Source: a virus
IMG/VR virus record: IMGVR_UViG_3300010970_000172
Span: 1 to 63,260 of that record
Strand: one strand, 5' to 3'
DNA: 63,260 nt
The translations under genes and the position numbers were made by a program. The notes beneath the pieces were generated by a model. That model was not told the DNA's origin, did not search any database, and saw nothing but the letters and a program-made list of their open reading frames with translations. Of this stretch, positions 27,757 to 38,743 are shown one piece after another; within the stretch, counting starts at the first letter, position 1; the number at the start of each line of letters is the position of its first letter.

Positions 27757-30700
27757 TTATAACATTGTTAAAGCGTGCCAAGCAGCAGATGCGTAAACGT
27801 ATAAGCCTATTGTTCCGTCAGTTTGGAATACAATTAATCCATCAGCAGGAGAAGCTATTGCAGCCCTCTGAGTAGCAGTCATTCGAGGAGGCAAGAAGCC
27901 TTGCGTTGTTGAATTTATAGTAAGCCTTGATGATGCAATATCTGTATAAGTTCCACCGTTTTGTAGAACTAAGTTTCCTGTGGTAGCATTAAATCTTCCC
28001 ATATTAGTACCAGAAACGCTAAAGTTAAATCCACCACTATAACCTTGAAATGTTGCTGCGTAGACTATGTTATTAAATATTCCATTTCCAAAAGGAACAC
28101 TACCTGTACCTATAGATGAGGCTCCAGCAGAGGTAGTATTAATATTCCCATTAACTCTTAATGCTACATTGCTTACTCCTGTAAACGCACCATTAGTAAA
28201 CGTAGGGGTAATATCCAATCCGACTAACACATCATTATTTGCGGAAGCTACTAAGGTTGTATTAACTAATTGTCCCCTTGCAATAGCTGATGCAGCAGTT
28301 TCTGTTCCACCAATAGTTAATGCAGTTGAAGTTCCGAGTGTAGTAGTTCCAATACCTGTATCTCCTGCCAAGTAGTTTTGAGCAGTACCTGTCATATACA
28401 AGTTCCAACGTCCTGTACCTGATGATATGTTTCCATAAAATCCGTAGTTGTTTGTCGCACCTGTTAAATTTGAATTTACTGCGAACCCATATTGATTTGT
28501 AATTGCACTACCTGCACCAATTGTTGATTGGAATGTATTGTAATGGTAATAATTGGCTAATGTAAATGCTGATGCCTGTGTTGTTGCAACGGAATTAAAA
28601 CTATTTACAACTGATGTTACATCTGATTGAACTGCACCTGATTGAGAAATTCCATTAGCAACTGTTCCACCTGTAATTGTTTTACCAACATTTACATTTA
28701 TGGCTGTCAAGGCAGTCGTACCAATCCCCAATGAACCTGCCAAATAGTTTGATGCAGTTCCTTGTGCGTAAATATTAAACTTGCCTGTACCTGATGCTAA
28801 ATTTAATTCAACACCTCTTGATAATGTAGTGCCTGTAAAGTCGGCAATTGAAACTCCGTAATAATTAGTTACATTCTGCGGAGTATATTGCATCTTAAAT
28901 CCAACATACTCAGTATATGAATTCGTATTTGCTGGATTACCTGATGCCCCTACTCTATATCCAATAAATGAATTAAAATTTCCCGTTCCTTGCGATGTAG
29001 ATATATTTCCTGTCGCCGATTGTGCAGCAGTTCCATTATTTTGTACAATTGATTGATGATTAACCCAACCAATAGATGCAGTGGAACTTCTTGTGATAAT
29101 TAATCTATTATCATAAATAGTAAAACCATTTGTCGTGAATGTATCATCATTAATATTCCAAGAATTCCTATTAACTAAACTCCACCCATCTGCACTACCT
29201 GTAATATTAAATGTTTGCCCTGCAAATGTATTTCCTGTTGGTAAAACTTTTCCTGCTGAACCACTAATAAATCCATTGATATTAGTATTACTTCCTAATG
29301 TAATTAAAGAACCCGAATCCTGAATATTACTATTCCCTAATGTTGTGACTGCTGTAAACTTAGGCACATAGTTAGTTGTACCAGTACCCGTAACAGGATT
29401 TGTTAATACAGATTGATATTGTGGAATATTTAATACTCCTGTAGTAGAGTTATATGTAGAAGCACCTGATGTGCCAGTTGTTGTTAAGCTAATTCCAGCA
29501 CGAACATCTGTTAAGAATGTTGACAAAGCTCCTGCTCCCGTAATGTATTGTAATGGGCTACCTGTTGCAGAAATGTTAATCGTTCCACTTGTTGTGACAG
29601 GCGAGTTGCTAACAGCGAATGCCGAAGGAACTGATATTGCAACGCTTGTTACTGTACCTGTATTTGCTCCCGCAGCTATGCCGTCGAGTTTTGCCTTGTC
29701 AGACGCTGAAAATGCCCCAGATGTACTTGTTGTTGCAAGAGCAAGAGAAAGTACCTGAGATGCCAAAGAAAGCCCGTTAGCCGTGCCAATAGTTACGGCA
29801 TTATGGAAGCGAGTGTCATTACCTTGTGCAAATGTGTTTGAAGTTGAGCCGAATGTAGGTGTGTATGTAACAATATTGTTTGCTACGTTAATCGTAAACG
29901 CTGGATTGCCCGACGATAACAACAATGTGCTACCAAGTGGAATACTATCTGTGTTTGTTCCATCAGATATACTGAATGAGTTGGTTCCAGTTGAAGCAAT
30001 TTCAAAAGGAAGCATTCTTGTTAACTGAGGAGTGTATGATGTAGCATACGGCTCAAGAATTGACAATAATTCACGCAATACAGGTTCAGAGCCATCTTGT
30101 GTAGATGTTTCGTAGCGTGTAATTAAGTGAGAGTATAATGCAATAACCAAGTCATATTGCTCGCTTAATGTATTGAATTGTGTGTCATTCTTCTCCTTGT
30201 ATGCATCAATTAATGCTCTGTAGTTATTTATTTTAACAACTAATTCTACTTGAGTAGGACATCTTTTAATTAAGTATGTCTTTGTGAATAATTCTACATA
30301 GTATACCGATAACCAAGTATTTGTGCTATGTGAATATGTAATTGCAATATCAGCTGTTGGGCTATAAGTTCCATCGTAATACTTGCCTGAGCTAATAATA
30401 TCAATAACACTTGACGAAACAGTCGATATTGGTGCTACTGCCGAAGCTTCTGATGTTGTAGGAAATGAACAAGCAAGTGTTCTTGATAATGTTCCCGAAA
30501 AGCTACCAATCGGGGAGTAAGATGTAGTATCCTCAAACTTTACCTCTGGAATAAGTACATCGGACTTATTTACTATGCCATTAGTTGGTTTTGCCCAATT
30601 AAAATCAAACGAGCGAAGTAAGTTATGTGTTGTAGATGTGCTATCAATTGCAACGAATGTAACTGAGTACGCACCCGTTAAAACATTGTTATATATGTCT

Positions 30701-30906
30701 GTTGGGGCTTGATATTCATAGTAGCCACCAGCAGTTGAGATATCGGGACTTAGAAAATCCGTATGATTAATTGCTGATCCATCAGGAAATACAATAGAGA
30801 AGTTTCCCTTACTTAATGTAAAGCCAGTAGATGTATCGGTTAGGCGAATTACTCTTGATTGAGTCTTTTCATTAATCCTAAACTGTATATTGAATCCTAT
30901 TGCCAT
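27757..30906 (-). CDS. Tail fibre or spike protein, 1,049 aa from the MAIGFNIQF start
   Basis: SGAFSASDKAKLDGIAAGA fibre motif. The C-terminus GFLPPRMTATQRAAIASPADGLIVFQTDG is typical of Bacteroidota surface and fibre proteins. The track's longer N-terminus overlaps the upstream terminator. Confidence 0.7.
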   Translation of the reverse strand: MAIGFNIQFRINEKTQSRVIRLTDTSTGFTLSKGNFSIVFPDGSAINHTDFLSPDISTAGGYYEYQAPTDIYNNVLTGAYSVTFVAIDSTSTTHNLLRSFDFNWAKPTNGIVNKSDVLIPEVKFEDTTSYSPIGSFSGTLSRTLACSFPTTSEASAVAPISTVSSSVIDIISSGKYYDGTYSPTADIAITYSHSTNTWLSVYYVELFTKTYLIKRCPTQVELVVKINNYRALIDAYKEKNDTQFNTLSEQYDLVIALYSHLITRYETSTQDGSEPVLRELLSILEPYATSYTPQLTRMLPFEIASTGTNSFSISDGTNTDSIPLGSTLLLSSGNPAFTINVANNIVTYTPTFGSTSNTFAQGNDTRFHNAVTIGTANGLSLASQVLSLALATTSTSGAFSASDKAKLDGIAAGANTGTVTSVAISVPSAFAVSNSPVTTSGTINISATGSPLQYITGAGALSTFLTDVRAGISLTTTGTSGASTYNSTTGVLNIPQYQSVLTNPVTGTGTTNYVPKFTAVTTLGNSNIQDSGSLITLGSNTNINGFISGSAGKVLPTGNTFAGQTFNITGSADGWSLVNRNSWNINDDTFTTNGFTIYDNRLIITRSSTASIGWVNHQSIVQNNGTAAQSATGNISTSQGTGNFNSFIGYRVGASGNPANTNSYTEYVGFKMQYTPQNVTNYYGVSIADFTGTTLSRGVELNLASGTGKFNIYAQGTASNYLAGSLGIGTTALTAINVNVGKTITGGTVANGISQSGAVQSDVTSVVNSFNSVATTQASAFTLANYYHYNTFQSTIGAGSAITNQYGFAVNSNLTGATNNYGFYGNISSGTGRWNLYMTGTAQNYLAGDTGIGTTTLGTSTALTIGGTETAASAIARGQLVNTTLVASANNDVLVGLDITPTFTNGAFTGVSNVALRVNGNINTTSAGASSIGTGSVPFGNGIFNNIVYAATFQGYSGGFNFSVSGTNMGRFNATTGNLVLQNGGTYTDIASSRLTINSTTQGFLPPRMTATQRAAIASPADGLIVFQTDGTIGLYVYASAAWHALTML

Positions 30907-30956
30907 TTCAAAGCCTAATATAATTTGTGTAAATATACTATAATTTCCTTTGCTAT

Positions 30957-30989
30957 GAAAAAAGAAAGAGGTCACAAAATGCGACCCCT
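30957..30989 (-). terminator. Intrinsic terminator after gene 31031..31852
   Basis: Minus strand: AGGGGTCGC-ATTTT-GTGACCTCT (9 bp with 2 G-U pairs) followed by TTCTTTTTT. Confidence 0.5.
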
Positions 30990-31030
30990 TCTAATTAACC
31001 GAAACCAAACAATCAATCCTGTAATCGGAT

Positions 31031-31852
31031 TTACCCAAGTCGGGTCTTGATGGCATTTAGCTCATCTGGATTGTTTTCTTCTAAGTAATCGGCTAATTCT
31101 TTAAAGTAGTTCTTGCCAGCGGCTTTCTTGTACTTAAAGATTTCTTTCTCCGTATCAACCCACTCGAATACTTGTGCATTGATATTGTTTTTAATAATTC
31201 CTTTCTTAACAGCCTCCTTTAAAATAAATTCAGATGCAAGAGAAGCTCTTTCTACAATTTTCAAGAACTCCTGAGGATCAGTCTCTGCGAAATCTTCAAC
31301 TAAGTTACGAATCTCTTCGATAGTTTCAGCTTCAATTCCAAGTGCTTGTCCAACCTCTTTTACTTTAACATCATCTAAATCCATTGCGGCAGTTACTGCT
31401 TGTGCAATAATTTTACGCAATTGGCGTTCTTCCATTGCTTCTTTCTTGTTATCAATTCTAACAAACATAGGTTCTTCTCCATTAGGAGCATTTCTATCTT
31501 TGTTTGAGCCATTGAAGTTACACAACTCAAGGAACTGATAAATTTTTTGATGAACAGGGTTATTTCCATTAAGGAATAGGTATCCCATATTGGATGCCGT
31601 AAATACAATGTTCAAAAATTGTGCTTCACCTTTTTCATCTTGGCGTTCAATTGCTGCAATGTTAATAAACTCTTGCTTCTGCTTATCGTAGATAATGTCA
31701 GTTGAAGGAATTTGAAATGCTGCAGGAATTAAAAACTTGCCGTAATTATCTGGGTCAGGTCTTACGTTTGCAACTCGATAAGAAGCACGTTCATCGGGTT
31801 TTAAAGCTCTTTTGTAAGATGGGGAGTAATTATTGAAATCAGATGGTTTCAT
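31031..31852 (-). CDS. Hypothetical head-associated protein, 273 aa
   Basis: Track ORF. It sits between the capsid gene and the fibre cluster and is bracketed by terminators. Confidence 0.5.
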   Translation of the reverse strand: MKPSDFNNYSPSYKRALKPDERASYRVANVRPDPDNYGKFLIPAAFQIPSTDIIYDKQKQEFINIAAIERQDEKGEAQFLNIVFTASNMGYLFLNGNNPVHQKIYQFLELCNFNGSNKDRNAPNGEEPMFVRIDNKKEAMEERQLRKIIAQAVTAAMDLDDVKVKEVGQALGIEAETIEEIRNLVEDFAETDPQEFLKIVERASLASEFILKEAVKKGIIKNNINAQVFEWVDTEKEIFKYKKAAGKNYFKELADYLEENNPDELNAIKTRLG

Positions 31853-31899
31853 ATTCTTTTATTGTTTGGTTACGCAAATGTATATAATATTCTTTAAAC

Positions 31900-31927
31900 A
31901 AAAAAAGGGGAGAATTTCTCCTCCCCC
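31900..31927 (-). terminator. Intrinsic terminator after the major capsid gene
   Basis: Minus strand: GGGGAG-GAGAAATT-CTCCCC followed by TTTTTTT. Confidence 0.7.
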
Positions 31928-31945
31928 AATTTTAACTCAAATCGA

Positions 31946-33274
31946 TTAGATAGAGTATTTAACGAAGTGCTCGTTACCTACTGTCTCTAAACCTTCGATA
32001 GAGCTGTACACGATATCAAGTGTATCAGTATCCGAAGTTGGAGTTGGAGCAAGACCGCCCAACATTTTCTCACGGAAACGAGAGTTGATACCATCAGCCA
32101 TTTCTAAGTAGCGTAATTGCATACGGTCTACTTGTCCACCACCTTGCTCAACCTTAACTTTTCCAGCAGGGATTAAGTACGCTTCTTTAGTGAAAGCGAT
32201 GTTAGTTGCTGTAGAAGTGATTTGTGGATGAGATAATGCATTTAAACGCTTCTTGTGGAAAGTACGTCCGTAAGCATTAAATGATTGAATACCCAATGCG
32301 ATAGCGATATCCTTGTTACCGTTGTAAGAACCGTAGTTAATACCACCATTCAAGAATGGAGAAGTAGAAGAAATATTAGTATCAAAAGCATTGTCAAAGT
32401 CAGCACCAGCCCACAATTGATATTCAATTGGGCAACGGTTAGCATCCATCAAACGAGACAAAGCAGATAAGTCAGATAAAGCAACTGTACCACCTGTAGC
32501 TGTGTTAGAAGTGATACCACCTGCGTTAGCGATAGTGTCACGCAAACCACGAGTTGTGTTGATTGCATTACCAGAAGCATCAGTCAAACCAGCTGACTCA
32601 CGACCGAACAATACTGCATAAAGAATGTCCATACGGTGCTTCAAATACGCATCGTGTTGTTGCTTTAAGAAGTAGTAAGGCTTGCCTTTGAACTCAACCT
32701 CAATCTTAGAACCGTAAGCGATATCTGTGATAGAAGTTTTAGTTTTGAAGATTTGCAATTTGTTAGAACGCTTAATCAAGTCAGACTTACGCATTTGGTT
32801 AGAACCAGTACCTTCAGCATATGCGTTAGACATAAATGATAACTTAGCTCCAACTGCAACTGCAGGGATAACGTCAGCAGAGTTAACAGGCTTAACAGTA
32901 ATTGTAAAGTCAGTAGCTGAATCAACAGCAGATACATAACCAACAACACCATTAGCGAATAACATTAACTCACCAACAACTGGCTTAACTGAAGTAGCTC
33001 CAGTACAAACGATAGATGCAGAAGCACCAGCAGAACCAGCAGTAGTTAAAGTCTTAACTGTAGCTGTAGCGTACAAGAAGTTGTTCTGTACTGTGAAGTA
33101 TTCAGTTTGAGCAGTAGCTTTTGAGCGACCTGTCCAATCCAATACATCAAGCATAGATGCTTCTTCATCATAGATGTCTAATACATCCTTTAAAATTTCA
33201 CGTTGCTCCAACGTGTTTGTAAACGATACGGTCGATAAGAACGAACGATCGATATTACCTGCTGCAATAGCCAT
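31946..33274 (-). CDS. Major capsid protein (putative)
   Basis: 442 aa, directly after the acidic scaffold-like gene and before a strong terminator. The call rests on position and size only. Confidence 0.6.
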   Translation of the reverse strand: MAIAAGNIDRSFLSTVSFTNTLEQREILKDVLDIYDEEASMLDVLDWTGRSKATAQTEYFTVQNNFLYATATVKTLTTAGSAGASASIVCTGATSVKPVVGELMLFANGVVGYVSAVDSATDFTITVKPVNSADVIPAVAVGAKLSFMSNAYAEGTGSNQMRKSDLIKRSNKLQIFKTKTSITDIAYGSKIEVEFKGKPYYFLKQQHDAYLKHRMDILYAVLFGRESAGLTDASGNAINTTRGLRDTIANAGGITSNTATGGTVALSDLSALSRLMDANRCPIEYQLWAGADFDNAFDTNISSTSPFLNGGINYGSYNGNKDIAIALGIQSFNAYGRTFHKKRLNALSHPQITSTATNIAFTKEAYLIPAGKVKVEQGGGQVDRMQLRYLEMADGINSRFREKMLGGLAPTPTSDTDTLDIVYSSIEGLETVGNEHFVKYSI

Positions 33275-33300
33275 TGTAGTAATCTTTAGTAGTTAGTAAT

Positions 33301-34389
33301 TTATTTCCTTGTAACTGTCATACCACGAAGGAAACCAATTTTGTCGTCATATGGATTGTCGCTTTCGCTACTTTCCGCAACAACAGATTTCGATTTCACA
33401 CTTGGTGTAACATTTTTCAACTCAGCCTCCATCGCTTTTCTCCCCAAGGACTTGCCGTGCTTAATTAGTTCACCGACAAATAAGTCAGGGTTCTCAGTAA
33501 ATGCGACTACTTTAACCCATTTCTCCCAATCAATACTGCCATCTCCTTTTGAGAAATTAGACAAAAATTGAGTTGAATCCAGTGCAAAATCAACAACTTT
33601 CTGTGGGTCAGCAACTTGGAAGTTAATTCCCTCCCCATTAGCTGCAACTTTCACAAAGTTGTCTTTCAGTACACCCGAAACTCCGCTTTCAGCTACTTGC
33701 TTAATTTGTGCCTGTTGGGCAGCAAGTTCTTCTTGCGAAGCTTGATTTTGTTCCTGTCCTTGCGGTTGGATAGACTGTAGGAATTGTTTTTGCTCTTCCT
33801 TGAAATTTTGTCTAAGCTTATTTGCATCTCGCTTTAATAATGCTTGCCCAATTTCGATGTCATCTTCTTCGTAAGAATCAAGATTATATTTCTCAAGCTC
33901 TTTTTGAAACATCCGCTCTCTTGCCTTTGGACTTAAGTCAGAATTTTCCTTATCGAATTTAATTCTTAGTAACTCCTCATCAGTAACAGCATCGTAATCA
34001 AGTTGAGTGGCTTCTAAAAAAGGCTGTAGCGTACCATACGTCTCGTAGTAGTCAACAGCTTTTTTAATAAAGTCGTCCTTGAATTTATACTCTGTAGGTG
34101 CAGATTTATCTTCTTGGCTAAGGTCTTCCTTGTCGGAATCAGCAACATCATCATTGCTTCCATCCGTTTTAACATAAACCTCTTCCTCAGATTCCTCTGT
34201 ACCCGCATTTTCTTCTGTTAAATTCTCATCTTTCTGAGAATCATTATTTTCAACAACATCATCAACTCCTTCGCCTTCAGCAGAATCATCTGCGTTATCA
34301 ACCGATTCGGTATCTGATATTTGTGTTGTATCTTCAACTACTGTTTCATTTTTATCTAACAGTTCATCTAAATTAATTGGCTCTGCCAT
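33301..34389 (-). CDS. Scaffolding protein (putative)
   Basis: Extremely acidic N-terminal half, Gln-rich coiled-coil-like middle, located between portal and capsid genes. Confidence 0.55.
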   Translation of the reverse strand: MAEPINLDELLDKNETVVEDTTQISDTESVDNADDSAEGEGVDDVVENNDSQKDENLTEENAGTEESEEEVYVKTDGSNDDVADSDKEDLSQEDKSAPTEYKFKDDFIKKAVDYYETYGTLQPFLEATQLDYDAVTDEELLRIKFDKENSDLSPKARERMFQKELEKYNLDSYEEDDIEIGQALLKRDANKLRQNFKEEQKQFLQSIQPQGQEQNQASQEELAAQQAQIKQVAESGVSGVLKDNFVKVAANGEGINFQVADPQKVVDFALDSTQFLSNFSKGDGSIDWEKWVKVVAFTENPDLFVGELIKHGKSLGRKAMEAELKNVTPSVKSKSVVAESSESDNPYDDKIGFLRGMTVTRK

Positions 34390-34421
34390 CTTTTTCTTGT
34401 TTGGTTACACAAAACTATAAA

Positions 34422-36731
34422 CTATTTTTCATTAGTTGCAATTTTCGGAGTAGATTTCTCGCCAGATTTCTTAATCTGTGCAATATATTCTCTTGAATCT
34501 GCTTCGATTTTGCTCATATTGATTTTTCCTTCAACTTTCATTTGCTCAATTTGTGCTTCCATCTGAAGTTTCATTGCAAGCATCTGTGCCTCAAGCTCTT
34601 TCTCTTTTTGAATAACTGCCATTTTAATTTGACCTTCAAGTTGAGCTGTTTGCTGTTGTGCTTGAGCTGCCGCCATTGCTGACTGCTGTTGAATTTGTCC
34701 ATTCATTTGCTGTTGCTCCATTGCACGTTTCTGAGCATCTTCTTGGTTCTTAGAAATCTTGTAAGCAAGCATTACCTCAGCATACTTTAGGTTTTCTAAA
34801 TTTTCAACCATCATAGCATCAGCTAAAGTGATTTGTCCCGCTTGAATAGCTTGCTCAATTCTTCTTGATAGCTTCTCAAGTTCAGCTTCGGTAGGTTTTT
34901 GTTGAATAACCAATCCACACTCGTATGCTGAAACATTTGGGTCTAACTTAAAGAATTGAACTGTACTTGACCCTAATGCACGGATAAATCCATCAATAGT
35001 GCCGTTGCTTGCAGCATCTTGAATTCTTAGTGTTAATGAGTAAGCTAATCTTTCAAGTAAGTTACGCTCTGCACGTTTAATAAAGTCAAGTGAGTTGTTT
35101 GTTGACTCAGATGCATATTTCGCAACACCTTTTAATGTACGAGGATCAGGCGTTGAGCCATCTGTGATTTCGTTGAAACCAAGGATATCTCTCAACAACT
35201 GAATGTTATTTGTAATGATGTTAAAGTATTGAACTGCTTCGCTACCAATACCATTATCTAATTCCTCAATAGGCTTATAGTTACTTGCATTACCTTCTTC
35301 GTTCAATCTACGGTAAACTAAGTTACCTGTTTGATTGTACAAGTCAATAATCTCCATTGGCTTCAATGCCTTACCTCCACGACCCAAAGGTACGTTTTCT
35401 AAAGCACCAAGCTCAATCATAATACCTCTTGGACGAGCTCGCAACATTACGTTTTGTAATTTGTACCAAGCCATTTGAATCTGGTCCGCAATTGGCTTCA
35501 TCTGCTCTCCCAAAGAATATGTATTCATTTGGTAGATTTGTGGAGCGACAACGTGGTAAGACAATGTAGTGTTAGTCAAATCAGATTTAGAACGCTTCAT
35601 ATTTGTAGCGAGCTTGCAATCAAAGAAAATTTCTGAATCGATAATCCATTTTCCTTGATAAACTACTTTGTAATCTGTTTTGCTATACTTTTTATCGGAA
35701 CGATTTGCTTTTGCCTTTGCAGCTCTACCCACAACCAAGTTTCCTTTTGAGTTTGTTCTCTCCTCAAGGATAAGCTGATTTGTAGAGTAGAACTCTAAAT
35801 CTAATACACGAATACGGAAACCATCGTAGTTCCGATTCATATTTGAGTTGACATTCTTCAATAATGCAGGGTTACCAAGTTTGTTTTGGTATTTCTCTGC
35901 AATTATTTCATATTGTGCCTCAGTAATTTCGCTTCCCGCAATTTCTTTTAGTTCAGAAATGGTAATCTCGATAACCTCTCCTAAATATTGTACGTCCTCA
36001 AATTGAGGGTCAATAGAGTAAGACATTACCAAGTTAGATGGGGATACATATCGAGTTTTAATATTACCGCCAGCATCTACATAATCTTTGTATCCTGAGA
36101 TACCAATGTCAACTAAATCTTCAATTACCTTTTCACGCTGTTGTGCAATTTTGTTTTGAGAGAAAATAAGCTCTAACGCTTGCTCCATCTCAATAGCCAT
36201 ACGATGCTTATATGAATAGTTCATATACATATCAAGCTCCTTAAGGTTTGCTGCATCAACATCGGGGTCCTGAACCAATGATGGGTCAATACCTTGCTTT
36301 TGGAATTCATCCTTTAAGATTAACGCTGCTGCATTCTTTGCGTAAAACTCTTTTTTATCGTCTTGTGCTATAGGGTCAATCGCATCTACAGAAATTGAGT
36401 AGTCGGATTTTAATAATGTAGCAAGTGCAATTCTACGGAACTTTGGAATAATCGGAAGGATATCCCAGTTGATGTTAATCCAAGACTGATCCTCATTTGC
36501 GGTCTGACTTGGTTGGAACAATTTTTTATATCTCGTAACTGACTGTTTACCAAGCATATACAACTTTGTTTCGTGGTACTTGTCACGACCATTGTAAAGT
36601 TGGTTAGGATAGTAGGTAGAAAAATCTCGCCAAGCGGCTTTAAGATATTGAGCTATCCATTTTTTGTCCTTTTGAGAGGAATCAATTAAGTGGCTCGGAA
36701 AGCCAAGATATTGGTTATCGTTATTGTCCAT
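34422..36731 (-). CDS. Portal protein (putative)
   Basis: 769 aa, immediately downstream of TerL, with a Gln/Ala-rich helical C-terminus. Confidence 0.65.
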   Translation of the reverse strand: MDNNDNQYLGFPSHLIDSSQKDKKWIAQYLKAAWRDFSTYYPNQLYNGRDKYHETKLYMLGKQSVTRYKKLFQPSQTANEDQSWININWDILPIIPKFRRIALATLLKSDYSISVDAIDPIAQDDKKEFYAKNAAALILKDEFQKQGIDPSLVQDPDVDAANLKELDMYMNYSYKHRMAIEMEQALELIFSQNKIAQQREKVIEDLVDIGISGYKDYVDAGGNIKTRYVSPSNLVMSYSIDPQFEDVQYLGEVIEITISELKEIAGSEITEAQYEIIAEKYQNKLGNPALLKNVNSNMNRNYDGFRIRVLDLEFYSTNQLILEERTNSKGNLVVGRAAKAKANRSDKKYSKTDYKVVYQGKWIIDSEIFFDCKLATNMKRSKSDLTNTTLSYHVVAPQIYQMNTYSLGEQMKPIADQIQMAWYKLQNVMLRARPRGIMIELGALENVPLGRGGKALKPMEIIDLYNQTGNLVYRRLNEEGNASNYKPIEELDNGIGSEAVQYFNIITNNIQLLRDILGFNEITDGSTPDPRTLKGVAKYASESTNNSLDFIKRAERNLLERLAYSLTLRIQDAASNGTIDGFIRALGSSTVQFFKLDPNVSAYECGLVIQQKPTEAELEKLSRRIEQAIQAGQITLADAMMVENLENLKYAEVMLAYKISKNQEDAQKRAMEQQQMNGQIQQQSAMAAAQAQQQTAQLEGQIKMAVIQKEKELEAQMLAMKLQMEAQIEQMKVEGKINMSKIEADSREYIAQIKKSGEKSTPKIATNEK

Positions 36732-36733
36732 AA

Positions 36734-38743
36734 TTAAAACGGAAATACATCTCGTATTTCATATAGTTTTTGTTGTTGTTCAATCTTTTGGGCAAACTTT
36801 GATTTACTTGCTGAAATTAAAGTATAACCACTTGCCATTGCCGCATCAAATTTAGTAGTATTTTTTATATCAAAGTGCAACCAATCCTGTAAAAGATTTG
36901 GAAATTTTACTTTATGTAAATTGTCCATTACATAACTTTCTGTTTCCTCGGCAATCTGTTGGTGTACTTTCGTACTCGCAGATATACCATACTTTGTAGA
37001 ATTGGGCATTTTAACTAAAAATCTTTCATACCCCCTGTACTCAAAATACTTTATCAATCCAATTTTTTGATCCTCAGATAAAATGTCACAACCAAAGAAA
37101 TGACAAAGCTTAATCATATCCTCATAAAATATTTCAGCCTTGTCGGGTCTGTTCAAATATTCTACCAAGAATGTTTCACTCAACTCATCGGTAGCATCAA
37201 ATCGTCTATAGACATATGCTGCTCCATCAGAGCGTTCATTACTTGTTGTGATTGAATGGTCGAAGGGGTCAACTCCGATTGCGTATTTAGTTTTTGCCTT
37301 TGGAACTTTTTTAGTACCGAACTCCTCCACTTGGTTATACGCCTCCGTATCAAAAGGTTTTGCCTCCTTTAGTACAAGAAACTTTCCATTTGAAGATTCC
37401 TTGAACACAACTCGTGAGTCACGAACTCCGTTCTCCCAAATAAATTCTCCTTGCAAATATAGTTCTTTTTTGTCAATCCACGATATCGTTTCTAACTGCC
37501 TATTAAGAGCCATCGCATCATACAAACAAGTTTCCCCCTCACTAAAGAATGCCTCCTCAATCGTAAATGGATTCTTACGGATATATGAAGCCAAAGCCCT
37601 TGAGTCGTCCATTAACGCTTCACGGGCGTTCATATAATGTTCCCTCGCCCTTTCTTCGTCAGCAAAGCCATATTTGTCGTAATAAAGCGTTTTATATGCA
37701 GGCATAAAATATTGATAAAGACCAGACTTAGTTCTTCCATTCTTATCTCGTTCGAGTTGATTGGAAGCCATCCATAACTGTTTAAACGCAGCACCACCAT
37801 CTTCCATCTCCTCGACTGTTGTTGTGTATAACGCCTTGCCAATAATATGTTCCTCCTGTTGTAAACAGAATTGAACAACTTGATGTCTTTCGTAAACATC
37901 AACGCTTTTTGTTTTGCCCGCTTCATCGGCAAGGTATCTGTGGAGCTTCGTTCCATCGTAAGAAAATTTATCAGAAGATTTAAAAGTTATAGTAGATTCT
38001 AATTCAATTTTCTTATCAAAGTTGTCTTCGGTCGCCCCACGCTTGTTTGTCTTAAAGAAACGCAGTTCCCCTTTTGGGGTCATACCCTTTTCTGTATCGT
38101 AAATCGGTACAAAGAAATCGGGTAGGTACTTAAATGGCATAATCACACCCTTCTGAAACACTTGCTCTTTAGCATCTTCAAATGTCTTGGATTGTATGCC
38201 CGCATTTTTATTCTTACTTCTGGAGGTGAGCTCAAACAAAAAAGCCCCTGCTCTCATAGTCTTACCCTGTCTACGCTTGGTTACCTCAATCATTCCCAAA
38301 CTGCGTGGGTCTTGCATACAGTATTCCAAAAAGTAGAAAAAGTGAACATCGGTCATACGGAAATCGGGATAGCCGACATCAAGCTTCCAATGTGTTAAAT
38401 AAAAGTAATGTAGACCAGTAACATAAGTAGCGTGACCGTTATTATAAAACCAAAGACCATTAAGTCTTCTGTCCCACTCTTGGTTACGATAGTTCTGTAG
38501 TTCGGGGTTGTAGTAGTCGGGGTTTTGCTTTTGTGTAGAAATTTCCTTCTTTCGTTTCGATTCATAATCTTTTGGAGGTTGTTGTCGTTCCCAATATTGA
38601 TTCTCCTTACGCATAGAACGCTTGATAGGTTCTCTCTTCTCCCAAGTATTCGTTAGGATATTATATACCTGCCCAATAGGAGGTACATTAACCGTAATCC
38701 CATTAATCTCAAGCTTCTTACAATTCTTATGTTCTCTATACAT
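36734..38743 (-). CDS. terL: Terminase large subunit
   Basis: Walker A KRRQGKT, Walker B LHRYLADEAGK, coupling motif YTTT, nuclease Asp motif IGVDPFD. Confidence 0.9.
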   Translation of the reverse strand: MYREHKNCKKLEINGITVNVPPIGQVYNILTNTWEKREPIKRSMRKENQYWERQQPPKDYESKRKKEISTQKQNPDYYNPELQNYRNQEWDRRLNGLWFYNNGHATYVTGLHYFYLTHWKLDVGYPDFRMTDVHFFYFLEYCMQDPRSLGMIEVTKRRQGKTMRAGAFLFELTSRSKNKNAGIQSKTFEDAKEQVFQKGVIMPFKYLPDFFVPIYDTEKGMTPKGELRFFKTNKRGATEDNFDKKIELESTITFKSSDKFSYDGTKLHRYLADEAGKTKSVDVYERHQVVQFCLQQEEHIIGKALYTTTVEEMEDGGAAFKQLWMASNQLERDKNGRTKSGLYQYFMPAYKTLYYDKYGFADEERAREHYMNAREALMDDSRALASYIRKNPFTIEEAFFSEGETCLYDAMALNRQLETISWIDKKELYLQGEFIWENGVRDSRVVFKESSNGKFLVLKEAKPFDTEAYNQVEEFGTKKVPKAKTKYAIGVDPFDHSITTSNERSDGAAYVYRRFDATDELSETFLVEYLNRPDKAEIFYEDMIKLCHFFGCDILSEDQKIGLIKYFEYRGYERFLVKMPNSTKYGISASTKVHQQIAEETESYVMDNLHKVKFPNLLQDWLHFDIKNTTKFDAAMASGYTLISASKSKFAQKIEQQQKLYEIRDVFPF

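Noticed and set aside
30907-30975. N-terminal 23 codons of track ORF 27757..30975
   Set aside because: This segment coincides with the intrinsic terminator of the upstream gene and encodes an implausible MTSFFFHSKGNYSIFTQIILGFE. The internal MAIGFNIQF start at 30906 is preferred.
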